Shown here: positions 17,026 through 25,346 of the stretch, piece after piece
Layout of the letters: every line of letters starts with the position of its first letter
Position numbering within the stretch: position 1 is the stretch's first letter
Source: a virus
Length of the DNA: 40,353 bases
Strand: one strand, 5' to 3'
IMG/VR virus record: IMGVR_UViG_3300045185_000022
The notes under the pieces: generated by a model
The model's input: only the letters and a program-made list of their open reading frames with translations
What the model was told of the DNA's origin: nothing
Database searches by the model: none
Translations under genes and position numbers: made by a program

Positions 17026-17053
17026 GCGGGTTCGATTCCCGTCATCCCCTCGC
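17026..17053 (+). other. tRNA 3'-end fragment (T-arm plus acceptor 3' strand), probable attP core
   Basis: GCGGG-TTCGATT-CCCGT, then CATCCCC. No matching 5' acceptor strand or D-arm lies upstream, so it is not a complete tRNA. Confidence 0.65.
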
Positions 17054-17060
17054 AGTACAT

Positions 17061-17111
17061 CGCCCCGCCTTGCCAGTAGAACACTGGGGAGGCGGGGCGT
17101 TTCTCGTTTCC
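17061..17111 (+). terminator. Terminator following the tRNA fragment
   Basis: CGCCCCGCC (17061-17069) pairs with GGCGGGGCG (17091-17099), then TTTCTCGTTTCC. Confidence 0.6.
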
Positions 17112-17114
17112 CCA

Positions 17115-18194
17115 CTAGCCTTCTGCCCACATTTTGCCCACACTTTCGGACAGTGCCGACGCGACCGCATCAAGATCCGTGTCGAAAAGATCCGCATACA
17201 CATCGAGCGTCACCGCGGCCGAAGCATGCCCGAGCATCCGCTGAACCGCCTTCACGTTCGCGCCAGACTGCACCGCGAGCGACGCCGCAGTATGCCGCAG
17301 ATCGTGCGGAGTCACACGAGGGAACCGCTTATCTGTGGCGCGGCAGCGGTTCACCGCACCCGCAAACCAGCCATGGTCAGCATTGGGGCGCTTCACCCGG
17401 TCGCCGTCGACCTGCCAGACCGGCACTCCCGGCATCGCCCGCGGCACGAGCTTGAGGATGAAGTCAGGGATGGGGACTTCTCTGGACTCCCACGTCTTCA
17501 CGGCCTCGGTGATCCACTCGCCTCCGCGGTACGTCATTGACTTCGTGACGAGGATTCGCCGGCGCCGCCAGTCAATGTCATCCCCGTCGAGCGCGACCGC
17601 CTCGCCCCAGCGCAGGCCGGTGAGTGCGAGGAATCGGACGAGCGCGCCGTACCGAGACTCGCGCGCGAGGGCATCGACCTGCGCTGCGGTTAGGTAGGCG
17701 TGGCGCCCTTTCTGTTTGCGGGGGAGCTCTACGGTCGCATCGCGGGCAGGGTTCGAGCGGATGAGCTTGTCACTCACCGCGAGGTCGAGGATGCCGGCGA
17801 GCACGCCACGAGCCCGGTGCACGACGGTGGGGGACTTGTCGATGCTGTTTGCCCACTCGTGGACCTCGGACGGCAGGATGCCACCGATCGGGGTGGCCGA
17901 CCAGTAGGGCTGAACGTGGATGCGCCACGCCGATTCGAGGTCGCGTTGATAGCTCGCCTTCTTCTTGCTCTTGAGCGCGAGCCAACGTTCAGCGAGCGAG
18001 CCGACGGTGACCTTGCCCTTCGCTGGGTCGATGTAGTCGCCGGTGAGTTTGGCGACCTCGACGGTCGCGGCGAACGCCTCGGCGTCCTTCTTGCGAGCGA
18101 ACCCGCGCTTGTCGGTCTGCGCGCCGTCAGGCTTGCGGTAGCGCACACGGTAGCGAGGGCCAGCGTTGGTCTCGTACTTCGTGATCGTCGCCAT
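17115..18194 (-). CDS. int: Tyrosine integrase
   Basis: MATITKYETNAGPRYRVRYRKPDG (arm-binding N-terminus) ... HDLRHTAAS ... LGHASAAVTLDVYADLF (R, HxxR and Y catalytic blocks). Confidence 0.9.
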   Translation of the reverse strand: MATITKYETNAGPRYRVRYRKPDGAQTDKRGFARKKDAEAFAATVEVAKLTGDYIDPAKGKVTVGSLAERWLALKSKKKASYQRDLESAWRIHVQPYWSATPIGGILPSEVHEWANSIDKSPTVVHRARGVLAGILDLAVSDKLIRSNPARDATVELPRKQKGRHAYLTAAQVDALARESRYGALVRFLALTGLRWGEAVALDGDDIDWRRRRILVTKSMTYRGGEWITEAVKTWESREVPIPDFILKLVPRAMPGVPVWQVDGDRVKRPNADHGWFAGAVNRCRATDKRFPRVTPHDLRHTAASLAVQSGANVKAVQRMLGHASAAVTLDVYADLFDTDLDAVASALSESVGKMWAEG

Positions 18195-18204
18195 GATTTT
18201 TCTT

Positions 18205-18627
18205 TCATTCGGTGCCGCGCCACAGTAAGTCAGCGCGCCGGTAATTTGAAGCGGAGGAAAGCCACACGCGCAGCATGTGAGGAGTGACGGCGAGTTCGTC
18301 ACACCACCGCTCTGGGTGGTCTGGATGGCTACGGGCGCACGCGACGACAAGTTCGGCGGTGATCAGCATGTCGGCTGCCCATCGATCAGCACGGGCCTCG
18401 CTCTTGCGAGTGGTGGTGGTGTCGCCGTAGTGGTGGTGCCCGAGCTCGTGCGCGAGTGCGCTTCGCCTGGACATGTAGGTGATGCCTCTACGAACGACGA
18501 TGAGGTCGTGGCGATGGTAGTAGCGGCCCATCTCGGGGATATCTGCTTCGACCACCTCGAGTGCGTGCTCTGCAGCGTGCAAGTCTGGGTCCCACATGGG
18601 ACAGATCATGCGCTGAGCCTGCGACAT
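18205..18627 (-). CDS. ImmA/IrrE-family zinc metallopeptidase
   Basis: HEXXH motif in SALAHELGHHHYGD; 140 aa; its start lies 1 nt after the stop of the XRE repressor. Confidence 0.7.
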   Translation of the reverse strand: MSQAQRMICPMWDPDLHAAEHALEVVEADIPEMGRYYHRHDLIVVRRGITYMSRRSALAHELGHHHYGDTTTTRKSEARADRWAADMLITAELVVACARSHPDHPERWCDELAVTPHMLRVWLSSASNYRRADLLWRGTE

Positions 18628-18628
18628 A

Positions 18629-19264
18629 TCAGTCTTTGTCGAGTTCGTCCTCGCTCTCGTCATTGCCTGCGACATATCCGAGTTCGGGGATTTCCCTTGG
18701 CGCGGTGAACCGTGAACCGAATCGGTCGTCCGCATCGATGACGTTGCCCGGCGCGTCGGTCTCGATGTGCTTTTCGAGTTGCTTGACACGGATGTTGATT
18801 TCGTTGAGGAGTTGCTCGGTCGTAAACGAAGACAATGCTGAGCGTCGGTCATTCGTCTCCCGGAGATTCATGTCCCAGACCTCGGCGTCGTAAGCCTCCT
18901 GTGCTTCCCAGTTCGCCGGCATGTCGATGAGATCGGAGGACTCGCTGCCCTCTTCCTGGGCGAGCAACCAGGCTTGCCGGTCGCGCATGTCTTGTTTCCA
19001 CTCATCAAAGTTCGGGATGTCGAGATCGTCCGGGAAGTTCGAGATGAAGTGCGAGTACCTGAGTTCGTCGCCAAGCGCGCGTTCGATCTTGCGTGTGCTG
19101 CGGCTCGGCACACCGGTCGTTTCCCAGTTGACGATCGTGCGGACGCTGACTCCTACGGCGTCCGCTAGATCTTGCTGCGTCCACCCTTTGAGCGCGCGTG
19201 CGTCTTTGAGGACTGTCCAATCAATGTTCACAAATGGCAGTTTAGGCAAGAACTGAAGAATCAC
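18629..19264 (-). CDS. XRE-family HTH repressor (CI/ImmR-like) with long acidic C-terminal extension
   Basis: LKGWTQQDLADAVGVSVRTIVNWETTG; divergent from the cro-like gene. The start is uncertain (GTG 19264 or GTG 19231; no SD, possibly leaderless). Confidence 0.8.
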   Translation of the reverse strand: MILQFLPKLPFVNIDWTVLKDARALKGWTQQDLADAVGVSVRTIVNWETTGVPSRSTRKIERALGDELRYSHFISNFPDDLDIPNFDEWKQDMRDRQAWLLAQEEGSESSDLIDMPANWEAQEAYDAEVWDMNLRETNDRRSALSSFTTEQLLNEINIRVKQLEKHIETDAPGNVIDADDRFGSRFTAPREIPELGYVAGNDESEDELDKD

Positions 19265-19309
19265 ACAAGGCGTGTTGCCCGAAACTTCGGGAAAGTCAGG
19301 AAAGTTTTG

Positions 19310-19338
19310 TTGCCTAAGTTGCTTAACTTGCGTATGTT
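19310..19338 (+). promoter_or_regulatory. Candidate early rightward promoter
   Basis: TTGCCT (19310-19315), a 17-nt spacer, then TATGTT (19333-19338), 16 nt before the cro ATG. Confidence 0.4.
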
Positions 19339-19353
19339 GCCTACTCTTGCCTT

Positions 19354-19599
19354 ATGGCAGCAACCAGGAAACTCAACGGCACAGCAGTCCGGGTAATCCG
19401 TGAACTGCTTGGCGTCCGAAACGGAGACCTTGCTCTCCGGATCCAAGTCACACCATCCACTGTGACTCACATTGAACGTGCAGATCGGCAAGTTTCGGCA
19501 GAAACGCAGCGTCGACTCGCTGACGCACTCGGTGTCCCTCTCGAAGCGATTACATACCCGACTGAACCGGCCCTCGAGCAGGTCAGCATCGCCGCGTAG
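19354..19599 (+). CDS. Cro-like XRE HTH protein
   Basis: 81 aa; VIRELLGVRNGDLALRIQVTPSTVTHIE; divergent from the repressor. Confidence 0.8.
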   Translation: MAATRKLNGTAVRVIRELLGVRNGDLALRIQVTPSTVTHIERADRQVSAETQRRLADALGVPLEAITYPTEPALEQVSIAA

Positions 19600-19866
19600 T
19601 CGCGGCCCCATCCTCTTCCTGCCCTACTCAGCGGCAGGGACACCGGAGCCTCTAGCGCTCCCTGACTCTCGCCCGTCCACTTACGGCGGCGCGATCGAGC
19701 CTTTGAGAACTCAATAGCGGAAATCGCTCCCGGTGTGGAGAGAGATACGGGCACCCCTTCGACGTGGCTACGGGGGAGCCCACACTACGCGCGGCGTCAG
19801 GCCACGGTTCTCGGACGCGCGTAAGGCACCGGCCCCACACAAGGGAGCGAACACCAAACAAGAAAC

Positions 19867-19902
19867 GGCCCCGGCGCAGTTGCACCTGCGGATGCCGGGG
19901 CC
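19867..19902 (+). promoter_or_regulatory. GC-clamped stem-loop 22 nt upstream of the ParB-like gene
   Basis: GGCCCCGGC pairs with GCCGGGGCC, with an inner GCAG/CTGC stem. Related to the hairpins at 25981 and 35033. Confidence 0.5.
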
Positions 19903-19923
19903 TTACGAGATCAGGAGGTCTCG

Positions 19924-20892
19924 ATGATCAGTGTAGATGACTACCAGCGGGGAGTGCGAGAAGATCTCGCCCCCATCAAGCTCCCCGCACATCCTTTAGC
20001 CGACCGGTTCCCGATGCTGCCCGCCGACGAGCTGCAGCGCCTCGCAGATGACATTCGTGAGAACGGCCAGCGGCACCCCGTCATCGTCGATGACGAAGGC
20101 CTCATCCTGGACGGCCGCAACCGCGCCGCCGCATGCAAGATGATCGGCGTTGAGCCGACCACCGCGTTGTACGAAGGCGACGATCCGGCGGCGTTCGTGC
20201 TCTCGCAGAACGTCGCTCGGCGTCACATGACGACCGGGCAGCAGGCGATGAGCACGGCGCTCGTGCTCGCAGATTCCGGCAAGCGCGAGAACGGCCGTTG
20301 GAAGCGCGGCGCAATCCCTAATCAGGAATCCCTGAATAGCGATTGGAAGAACAAGCTCACTCAGGCGGGGCAGATTCTCGACTCTGCCCCGCACCTCGCG
20401 GAAAAGGTCATCGACGGAGATCTCGCCCTTGACGCCGCGGTGAAAGAGGCCGAACGCATCCGAGAGTCGGAGCGACAGCAGCTCGAAGAGCAGCAGCGCA
20501 TGGAGGCCGAGGAAGCCGACCGGCTCACGCACCTGCAAGAGGCCGCGCCCGAGTACGCCGCCGCGATCGGTTCCACCTACCGCACGGCACGTCAAGCCTT
20601 CGCCGCGTGGGAAGACGACAACCGGCGCGAAGCCGCACGCCTACGACAGGAACGGCGCGAAGCCGAACAGACAGCGAAGGCCGAGTGGGAGTCGAACCGC
20701 GACCTCTACGACGACGTCGCCTCGAGCCTGTCGAGCCTCGCCCGCTACGGCGACACCGACATTGACGAGTTCATGAAGGCCTACGAACCGTCAATGCTCA
20801 CCCCGAACATTCAGCGGCGGTTCAACGCCGAAGTGATGCGCGCAGCAGCGAAGGCTGCGACCGCATTCGCGGTCTGGAAGGAACAGAACTGA
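19924..20892 (+). CDS. ParB-like nuclease domain protein with coiled-coil C-terminus
   Basis: RHPVIVDDEGLILDGRNRAAACKMIG (ParB N-terminal/Srx fold motif); RBS AGGAGG. Confidence 0.7.
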   Translation: MISVDDYQRGVREDLAPIKLPAHPLADRFPMLPADELQRLADDIRENGQRHPVIVDDEGLILDGRNRAAACKMIGVEPTTALYEGDDPAAFVLSQNVARRHMTTGQQAMSTALVLADSGKRENGRWKRGAIPNQESLNSDWKNKLTQAGQILDSAPHLAEKVIDGDLALDAAVKEAERIRESERQQLEEQQRMEAEEADRLTHLQEAAPEYAAAIGSTYRTARQAFAAWEDDNRREAARLRQERREAEQTAKAEWESNRDLYDDVASSLSSLARYGDTDIDEFMKAYEPSMLTPNIQRRFNAEVMRAAAKAATAFAVWKEQN

Positions 20893-21416
20893 TGCAGGTC
20901 GAAGACTATTACTCGAAGTTCATCATCGAGTCCTATGACGCCGTGGTTGGCGAGCATGGCGACGACCCGACGGTCGTGGCGGAGGTGTTCGGTGACGTCG
21001 AGGCTCGTGTGAGTCGCGCAATCATGAGCGGCGAGATTGCGCCGATCGAGTTGACGCAGCGTGACGCGATCTTGCTGCGCATGCAGCTCGTCTTGCCGAA
21101 GGAGCGCAAGCGTCGGCGGAGCAGCTTCCCGAAGGACCTCGAATACCTCGGCGACGCGATCGCGAATCCGCTCGAGGCCGCGAACATGGACGCGATTCTG
21201 TCGCGGGCGATGCCGCTGGGCGACGGCACCGACAAGGTGCTCGCGTTCTGGAACGGCCGCGACTACGAGCGTGCCGTGAAGGTGCGCTACCGCAACGCGG
21301 CCGACGCTACGGCGAAGGCGGCGCAGTTCGACAACCTCACGATGCCGATTCTCGATGCCCTCGACTCACGTCACGCGCACACGACTCGTGACCTGTTCTG
21401 GAAGGACGCTGCCTGA
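20892..21416 (+). CDS. Hypothetical protein (174 aa)
   Basis: ATGA-type overlap; high GC3. Confidence 0.6.
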   Translation: MQVEDYYSKFIIESYDAVVGEHGDDPTVVAEVFGDVEARVSRAIMSGEIAPIELTQRDAILLRMQLVLPKERKRRRSSFPKDLEYLGDAIANPLEAANMDAILSRAMPLGDGTDKVLAFWNGRDYERAVKVRYRNAADATAKAAQFDNLTMPILDALDSRHAHTTRDLFWKDAA

Positions 21417-21727
21417 TGTTGAGCGATCGCGTGAAAGAGACCTGCATGAAGGCCGTCGAGCACCTCGAGTTCTCAATCGACCAGATCAGCGGGTCCATGT
21501 GCGACACCTCGCACGAGGATGCCCTGGAAGTGCTCGACCTCGTGGTCGAGGCGCTGCGGGAGTTGCACGGCGAGACGAACGACCCGATGCGGTATGAGGA
21601 CGGCACTCCGGTTGCGCAGCGCGTCCGAGTCGCGGAGGGCGTGTCTGGCACCTACTACCACCGCCACGACGGCGACTTCGACGAGTGGCTGGCAAAGTTC
21701 CGTCCCAACCTGCAGGCGGTGAAGTGA
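21416..21727 (+). CDS. Hypothetical protein (103 aa)
   Basis: TGATG overlap; acidic. Confidence 0.6.
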   Translation: MLSDRVKETCMKAVEHLEFSIDQISGSMCDTSHEDALEVLDLVVEALRELHGETNDPMRYEDGTPVAQRVRVAEGVSGTYYHRHDGDFDEWLAKFRPNLQAVK

Positions 21728-21924
21728 TGCCTGACTGCTGGTTGACACCTGCGATGGTCGCGGACTCGTACCGGCTCCCTGTCCCCACGTTGAAGGAGAT
21801 GCGCGCTCGTCGCGCGAATGACCGTGCGGGGGAGAAGGGACCGGTGTTTTACAAGATCGGGCGGGCTGTCCGGTACCGGGCCTCTGATGTTGAGGCATGG
21901 CTGAACGAAAAGAAGGTGGCCTGA
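21727..21924 (+). CDS. Excisionase-like / MerR-type HTH DNA-binding protein
   Basis: 65 aa; LTPAMVADSYRLPVPTLKEMR ... YKIGRAVRYRASDVEAWL, a typical Xis/HTH_17 pattern. Confidence 0.6.
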   Translation: MPDCWLTPAMVADSYRLPVPTLKEMRARRANDRAGEKGPVFYKIGRAVRYRASDVEAWLNEKKVA

Positions 21925-22244
21925 TGACTGTTCAGGAGCTGCGGGCTCGTGGCCGGAGTGTGGCCGTGCGCTTGATCGCGAGGAAGGGCAAGTACGGGGC
22001 GCGGCCGATCTTCGTGTCGGTCGACCTCGGTGACCTCGGTGAGGCGCGTCGTGATTTCAAACCGTCGGAGGCGCTCGAGTTCGTGCAGACGTTGGATGCG
22101 GCGCTTGAGGGCGAGACGGATCCGGTGACGTTCTCGCTGCCTGGCCTGTCGTGGGCGGTGCAGGTGACGGCGCCGGCGGCGTCGGTGCGGGCGTTCGCAG
22201 AGCAGATCGCCGACCTCTGCGACGAGTTGGAGGCCGTCTCGTGA
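21924..22244 (+). CDS. Hypothetical protein (106 aa)
   Basis: TGATG overlap. Confidence 0.55.
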   Translation: MTVQELRARGRSVAVRLIARKGKYGARPIFVSVDLGDLGEARRDFKPSEALEFVQTLDAALEGETDPVTFSLPGLSWAVQVTAPAASVRAFAEQIADLCDELEAVS

Positions 22245-22381
22245 CCGTGCTGGACGTGATTTGTCTCGACGGTGACTGGCCGGAGCTCGGGCCGATCTCG
22301 GGTGATGGTCTCGCCCGTCACCACCACATGGAGCCGGTCGACTACCCGCTTCTGTGGAGCCTGCCGGGGGTGACCGCCTGA
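22241..22381 (+). CDS. Hypothetical small protein (46 aa)
   Basis: GTGA overlap start; fills the gap in operon phase. Confidence 0.35.
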   Translation: MTVLDVICLDGDWPELGPISGDGLARHHHMEPVDYPLLWSLPGVTA

Positions 22382-22470
22382 TGTTTGAGCGATTGAAAGC
22401 GTTCGTGGAGTACCTCGCGGCGCAGCGTGACGAAGCGCTGGATGACGAGAACGGAGAAACCAATGAATGA
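22381..22470 (+). CDS. Hypothetical small protein (29 aa)
   Basis: TGATG overlap; MFERLKAFVEYLAAQRDEALDDENGETNE; below the ORF-track cutoff. Confidence 0.3.
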   Translation: MFERLKAFVEYLAAQRDEALDDENGETNE

Positions 22471-22651
22471 CCTCAGCCGTGCGCAGCTCGCACAGTTTCA
22501 GCCGCAGGATTTGCGCGATGGTCACGCGGTCCTCGCGCTCATCGGCGTCATCGGGCTCACCCAAACCCCCTCGAATCTCGTCTGCTCAGGCATGGCCATG
22601 AGCCTGCCGCTCTACCTCGCATTGCGGGCATGGCGGAAGGAGACGCGATGA
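22463..22651 (+). CDS. Small membrane protein (62 aa)
   Basis: RBS GGAGA; hydrophobic segments AVLALIGVIGL and MSLPLYLAL. Confidence 0.45.
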   Translation: MNDLSRAQLAQFQPQDLRDGHAVLALIGVIGLTQTPSNLVCSGMAMSLPLYLALRAWRKETR

Positions 22652-23037
22652 CCTGCCCGCCCGAGCATCGGCATGGCGAAACCGCGCACTGCTACCAGGC
22701 GCATTCGTGCAGGTGTGAGCGTTGCGTGGATGCGTACAGCGAGCGGCGCCGGGGCGTACAACCCACGAATGCGCTGCAGTCGAGCCGACGCCACGGCCTC
22801 TGCAATGTCTGCAAACGCGAGCCCGTCGAAGCGCCGCGCGTCACCTGCGAGGGCTGTGTCGCTTACATGATGGCGCTGCCGCGAACCCCGGAGGCGTTCG
22901 ATTCCTGCCATCGCGGGCATCCGTGGACGCCGGAGAACACTCGCAAGGTTCGCGACGGTCGCGAGTGCCGCGAATGTTCCCGCATCCGCTCACGCGCGAG
23001 GAGCGCCCGTCTTAGAGCGATGAGGGAGAAAGCATGA
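22648..23037 (+). CDS. Cys/His-rich zinc-binding, probably DNA-binding protein
   Basis: HGETAHCYQAHSCRCERC ... CNVC ... CEGC ... CHRGHPWTPENTRKVRDGRECRECS. Confidence 0.5.
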   Translation: MTCPPEHRHGETAHCYQAHSCRCERCVDAYSERRRGVQPTNALQSSRRHGLCNVCKREPVEAPRVTCEGCVAYMMALPRTPEAFDSCHRGHPWTPENTRKVRDGRECRECSRIRSRARSARLRAMREKA

Positions 23038-23486
23038 ACACGTTGACGTTCTTCGTCGCCGGCATGCCAGCACCTCAGGGCAGCAAAACGTATCTCGGGC
23101 ATGGGCGGATGAAGGAATCCTCGGAGAAGGTGAAGCCGTGGCGTGCTGATGTGCGTCATGAGGCGCAGCGCGCGATGGACGACCAGCACTGGTCGACGTG
23201 GGAAGACGGGGACCAGCCGCTGTCGATCGACGTCACGTTTTGGATGCCTCGCCCGAAGTCGCATCCGAAGACGCGCCGCACTCTGCCCGACCGGATGCCT
23301 GACCTCGACAAGTTGCTGAGGTCAACGTTCGACGCGCTCAAGTCAGCCGGCGTGTGCGCCGATGATGCACGGTTCGTGCGCATCCTCGCCACGAAGCGCT
23401 ACGTCCATCCTGCCGGTCTTCGGCATCCATCCGAGCCCGAAACGACCGGCGCTCGCATCCACATCAGACCAGAAAGCGTGTCATGA
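23034..23486 (+). CDS. rusA: RusA-like Holliday junction resolvase
   Basis: FVAGMPAPQGSK ... WMPRPKSH ... PDLDKLLRSTFDAL ... DDARF. Confidence 0.8.
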   Translation: MNTLTFFVAGMPAPQGSKTYLGHGRMKESSEKVKPWRADVRHEAQRAMDDQHWSTWEDGDQPLSIDVTFWMPRPKSHPKTRRTLPDRMPDLDKLLRSTFDALKSAGVCADDARFVRILATKRYVHPAGLRHPSEPETTGARIHIRPESVS

Positions 23487-24388
23487 ACGTCCTAGAAGAA
23501 CTGGCGACTCGTGAGGTCGCGGATGAGTCGATCGACCGTGAAGCGTGGCTTGCGGCACGCCGTGAGGGTGTGACGGCAACGCAGGTTGCGAAGCTCGCGG
23601 CGTCGCCGGCGTACGCGCTCGAGCTGCGTCGAGAGAAGGCGACCGGCGTGCAGACCTTCACCGGGAACGCAGCGACGGAGTGGGGGAAGCTGCGCGAGCC
23701 GATCATCGCGGAATGGTATGCGGGGTCGGGGCTGGAGCCGACCTCGAAACTGTACCGGTCGAAGGAAGATCCGCGGTTCCTCGCGTCGCCGGACATGATC
23801 GGTGAGGACTTCTCCGAGCACCTGTTCCTGGGCGAAATCAAAACCTCGAAGCACAACCTCTCGCCCGAGGGTGAGCACTTCGCGCGAACGACGTACGCGG
23901 ACCAGATGCAGTGGCAGATGTTCGTGACGGGCGCGACCTGGTGTTCGTTCATCTGGGAACAGCACGACGGCACCTGGGTCGAGCAGTTCGACGGCACGTT
24001 CGGTCCGACACCATTCGACCCGCGCACGGCGACGATCGAGCGCGACGACGACCGCATCGAGCACCTCGTTGGGGTTGCTGAACGGTTCCTGTCGGCCGAT
24101 GCGGAGGCCGCTGGCGCGGAGGCGTGGATCGTCGAGTATCTCGACGCGAAGGAAGCGGAAGCCGCAGCGAAGGCGCGTGTCGAGGCTGCGGCGGATGCGT
24201 TCCGTGACCTGTTCGCGGACGGTGGCGCGGTCGAGACGCCCGCTGGCCGCGTGTCGGTGTCGATCCCGAAGCCAGTGAAGCGGTTCGACTCAACGAAGTT
24301 CAAGGCCGAGCACGGCGATCTGTACAAGCAATTTCAGGTGGAGGGCGAGCCGGGGAAGGCTCGCGTCACCGTGACAGGAGTGAAGTAA
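23483..24388 (+). CDS. YqaJ/lambda-Exo-like recombination exonuclease (PD-(D/E)XK)
   Basis: GVTATQVAKL ... WGKLREPIIAEWY ... ASPDMI ... LGEIKTSK. Confidence 0.75.
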   Translation: MNVLEELATREVADESIDREAWLAARREGVTATQVAKLAASPAYALELRREKATGVQTFTGNAATEWGKLREPIIAEWYAGSGLEPTSKLYRSKEDPRFLASPDMIGEDFSEHLFLGEIKTSKHNLSPEGEHFARTTYADQMQWQMFVTGATWCSFIWEQHDGTWVEQFDGTFGPTPFDPRTATIERDDDRIEHLVGVAERFLSADAEAAGAEAWIVEYLDAKEAEAAAKARVEAAADAFRDLFADGGAVETPAGRVSVSIPKPVKRFDSTKFKAEHGDLYKQFQVEGEPGKARVTVTGVK

Positions 24389-24978
24389 TGGGCAAGTGGG
24401 ATAAGGGGCCGCTCGACTACATCGATGTCGCGGCCCGCATCGTCGAATTCCGCGCGAAGCATCCCGAGGGGTCGCTGTCGAGCATCGCGCCAAATGGTGA
24501 AGTGCAGCGGCCGTTCCTAATGGAGATCGGCGGCGCAACATTCCTCGCCTACTGCGCATTCGCGTACCGGTCACCGGATGACCGCAACCCGGGCGTGGGA
24601 TGGGCGTACGAGCCCGTACCCGGCAAGACGAACTTCACCCGCGACTCCGAGTTGCAAAACGCGGAGACGGCGGCGTGGGGCCGCGCGATGGTCGCCGCAC
24701 TCGCCGTAGACACGAAGAAGGGCGTCGCATCGGCAGAGGAGGTTCGGAACCGGCAGACGGTCGGGAACGAACCGTCAGGGCAGCAGCCACGCGCGACGCC
24801 TGAGCAGTGGCTCGCGGTCACCGAGGGCATCGCGAAGGCGAAGGATCTCGACGCACTGAAGAAGGTGTGGGAGGCCGCGCAGGCGGGCGAATACTCACAC
24901 AAGTGGGGCCCAGACGGTCGCTCGGTGTCGCAGGCCGTGAATGAGGCCAAGAAGGCGTTCGCGGGGGCTGTCCAGTGA
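24388..24978 (+). CDS. Putative single-strand annealing protein (partner of the exonuclease)
   Basis: TAATG overlap with the exonuclease; AARIVEFRAKHPEG ... ELQNAETAAWGRAMVA. The family was not confirmed. Confidence 0.4.
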   Translation: MGKWDKGPLDYIDVAARIVEFRAKHPEGSLSSIAPNGEVQRPFLMEIGGATFLAYCAFAYRSPDDRNPGVGWAYEPVPGKTNFTRDSELQNAETAAWGRAMVAALAVDTKKGVASAEEVRNRQTVGNEPSGQQPRATPEQWLAVTEGIAKAKDLDALKKVWEAAQAGEYSHKWGPDGRSVSQAVNEAKKAFAGAVQ

Positions 24979-25346
24979 CCACGCAGGGACAGGTGCTCGC
25001 GGCCTGGGATAAGGCCGCGGACGACTTCAAGGACGCCTGCATGCGGGAGGCTCGCGCTGACGTGGCGTGGACGAAGTTCGCGGCGAAGCGTCGGATCGAG
25101 CTGCGCGCTGAGGCGGATCGTGTCGGACGAAAGGTGACGATCCCCGACCTCGAGGCGGAGATCGTGAACGACGACGCCGACGGCCTGCTGCTGGAGAAGG
25201 TGCTGTCGGCGGCGGTCGTGACGGGCCTGCGGAAGCGTCTCGATGTGTTCGAGGCGCAGGCGGGCGCGGCGCGTTCGGAGTTCGCTGCGGATCGTGCTCG
25301 CGAGAAGGCGTGGATGTCTTCTCCGTCTGTGCCGGAGGTGCGGTAA
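24975..25346 (+). CDS. Hypothetical protein (123 aa)
   Basis: GTGA overlap; helical and charged. Confidence 0.5.
   Translation: MTTQGQVLAAWDKAADDFKDACMREARADVAWTKFAAKRRIELRAEADRVGRKVTIPDLEAEIVNDDADGLLLEKVLSAAVVTGLRKRLDVFEAQAGAARSEFAADRAREKAWMSSPSVPEVR

Larger units (their letters stand above)
16860..17141 (+). other. attP region
   Basis: Seven same-orientation TGCCCAC repeats (16860, 16871, 16882, 16902, 16912, 17124, 17135) flank a tRNA 3'-end fragment; adjacent to the integrase. Confidence 0.7.

Noticed and set aside
17004-17053. Complete tRNA gene at attP
   Set aside because: Only the T-arm and the 3' acceptor strand are convincing. There is no complementary 5' acceptor strand or D-arm upstream, and the would-be anticodon stem has mismatches. 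It was treated as the attP core fragment.
19733-19927. 64-aa ORF in the cro-downstream leader
   Set aside because: It is Arg/Pro-rich, has no RBS, and overlaps several strong hairpins. It was treated as non-coding.
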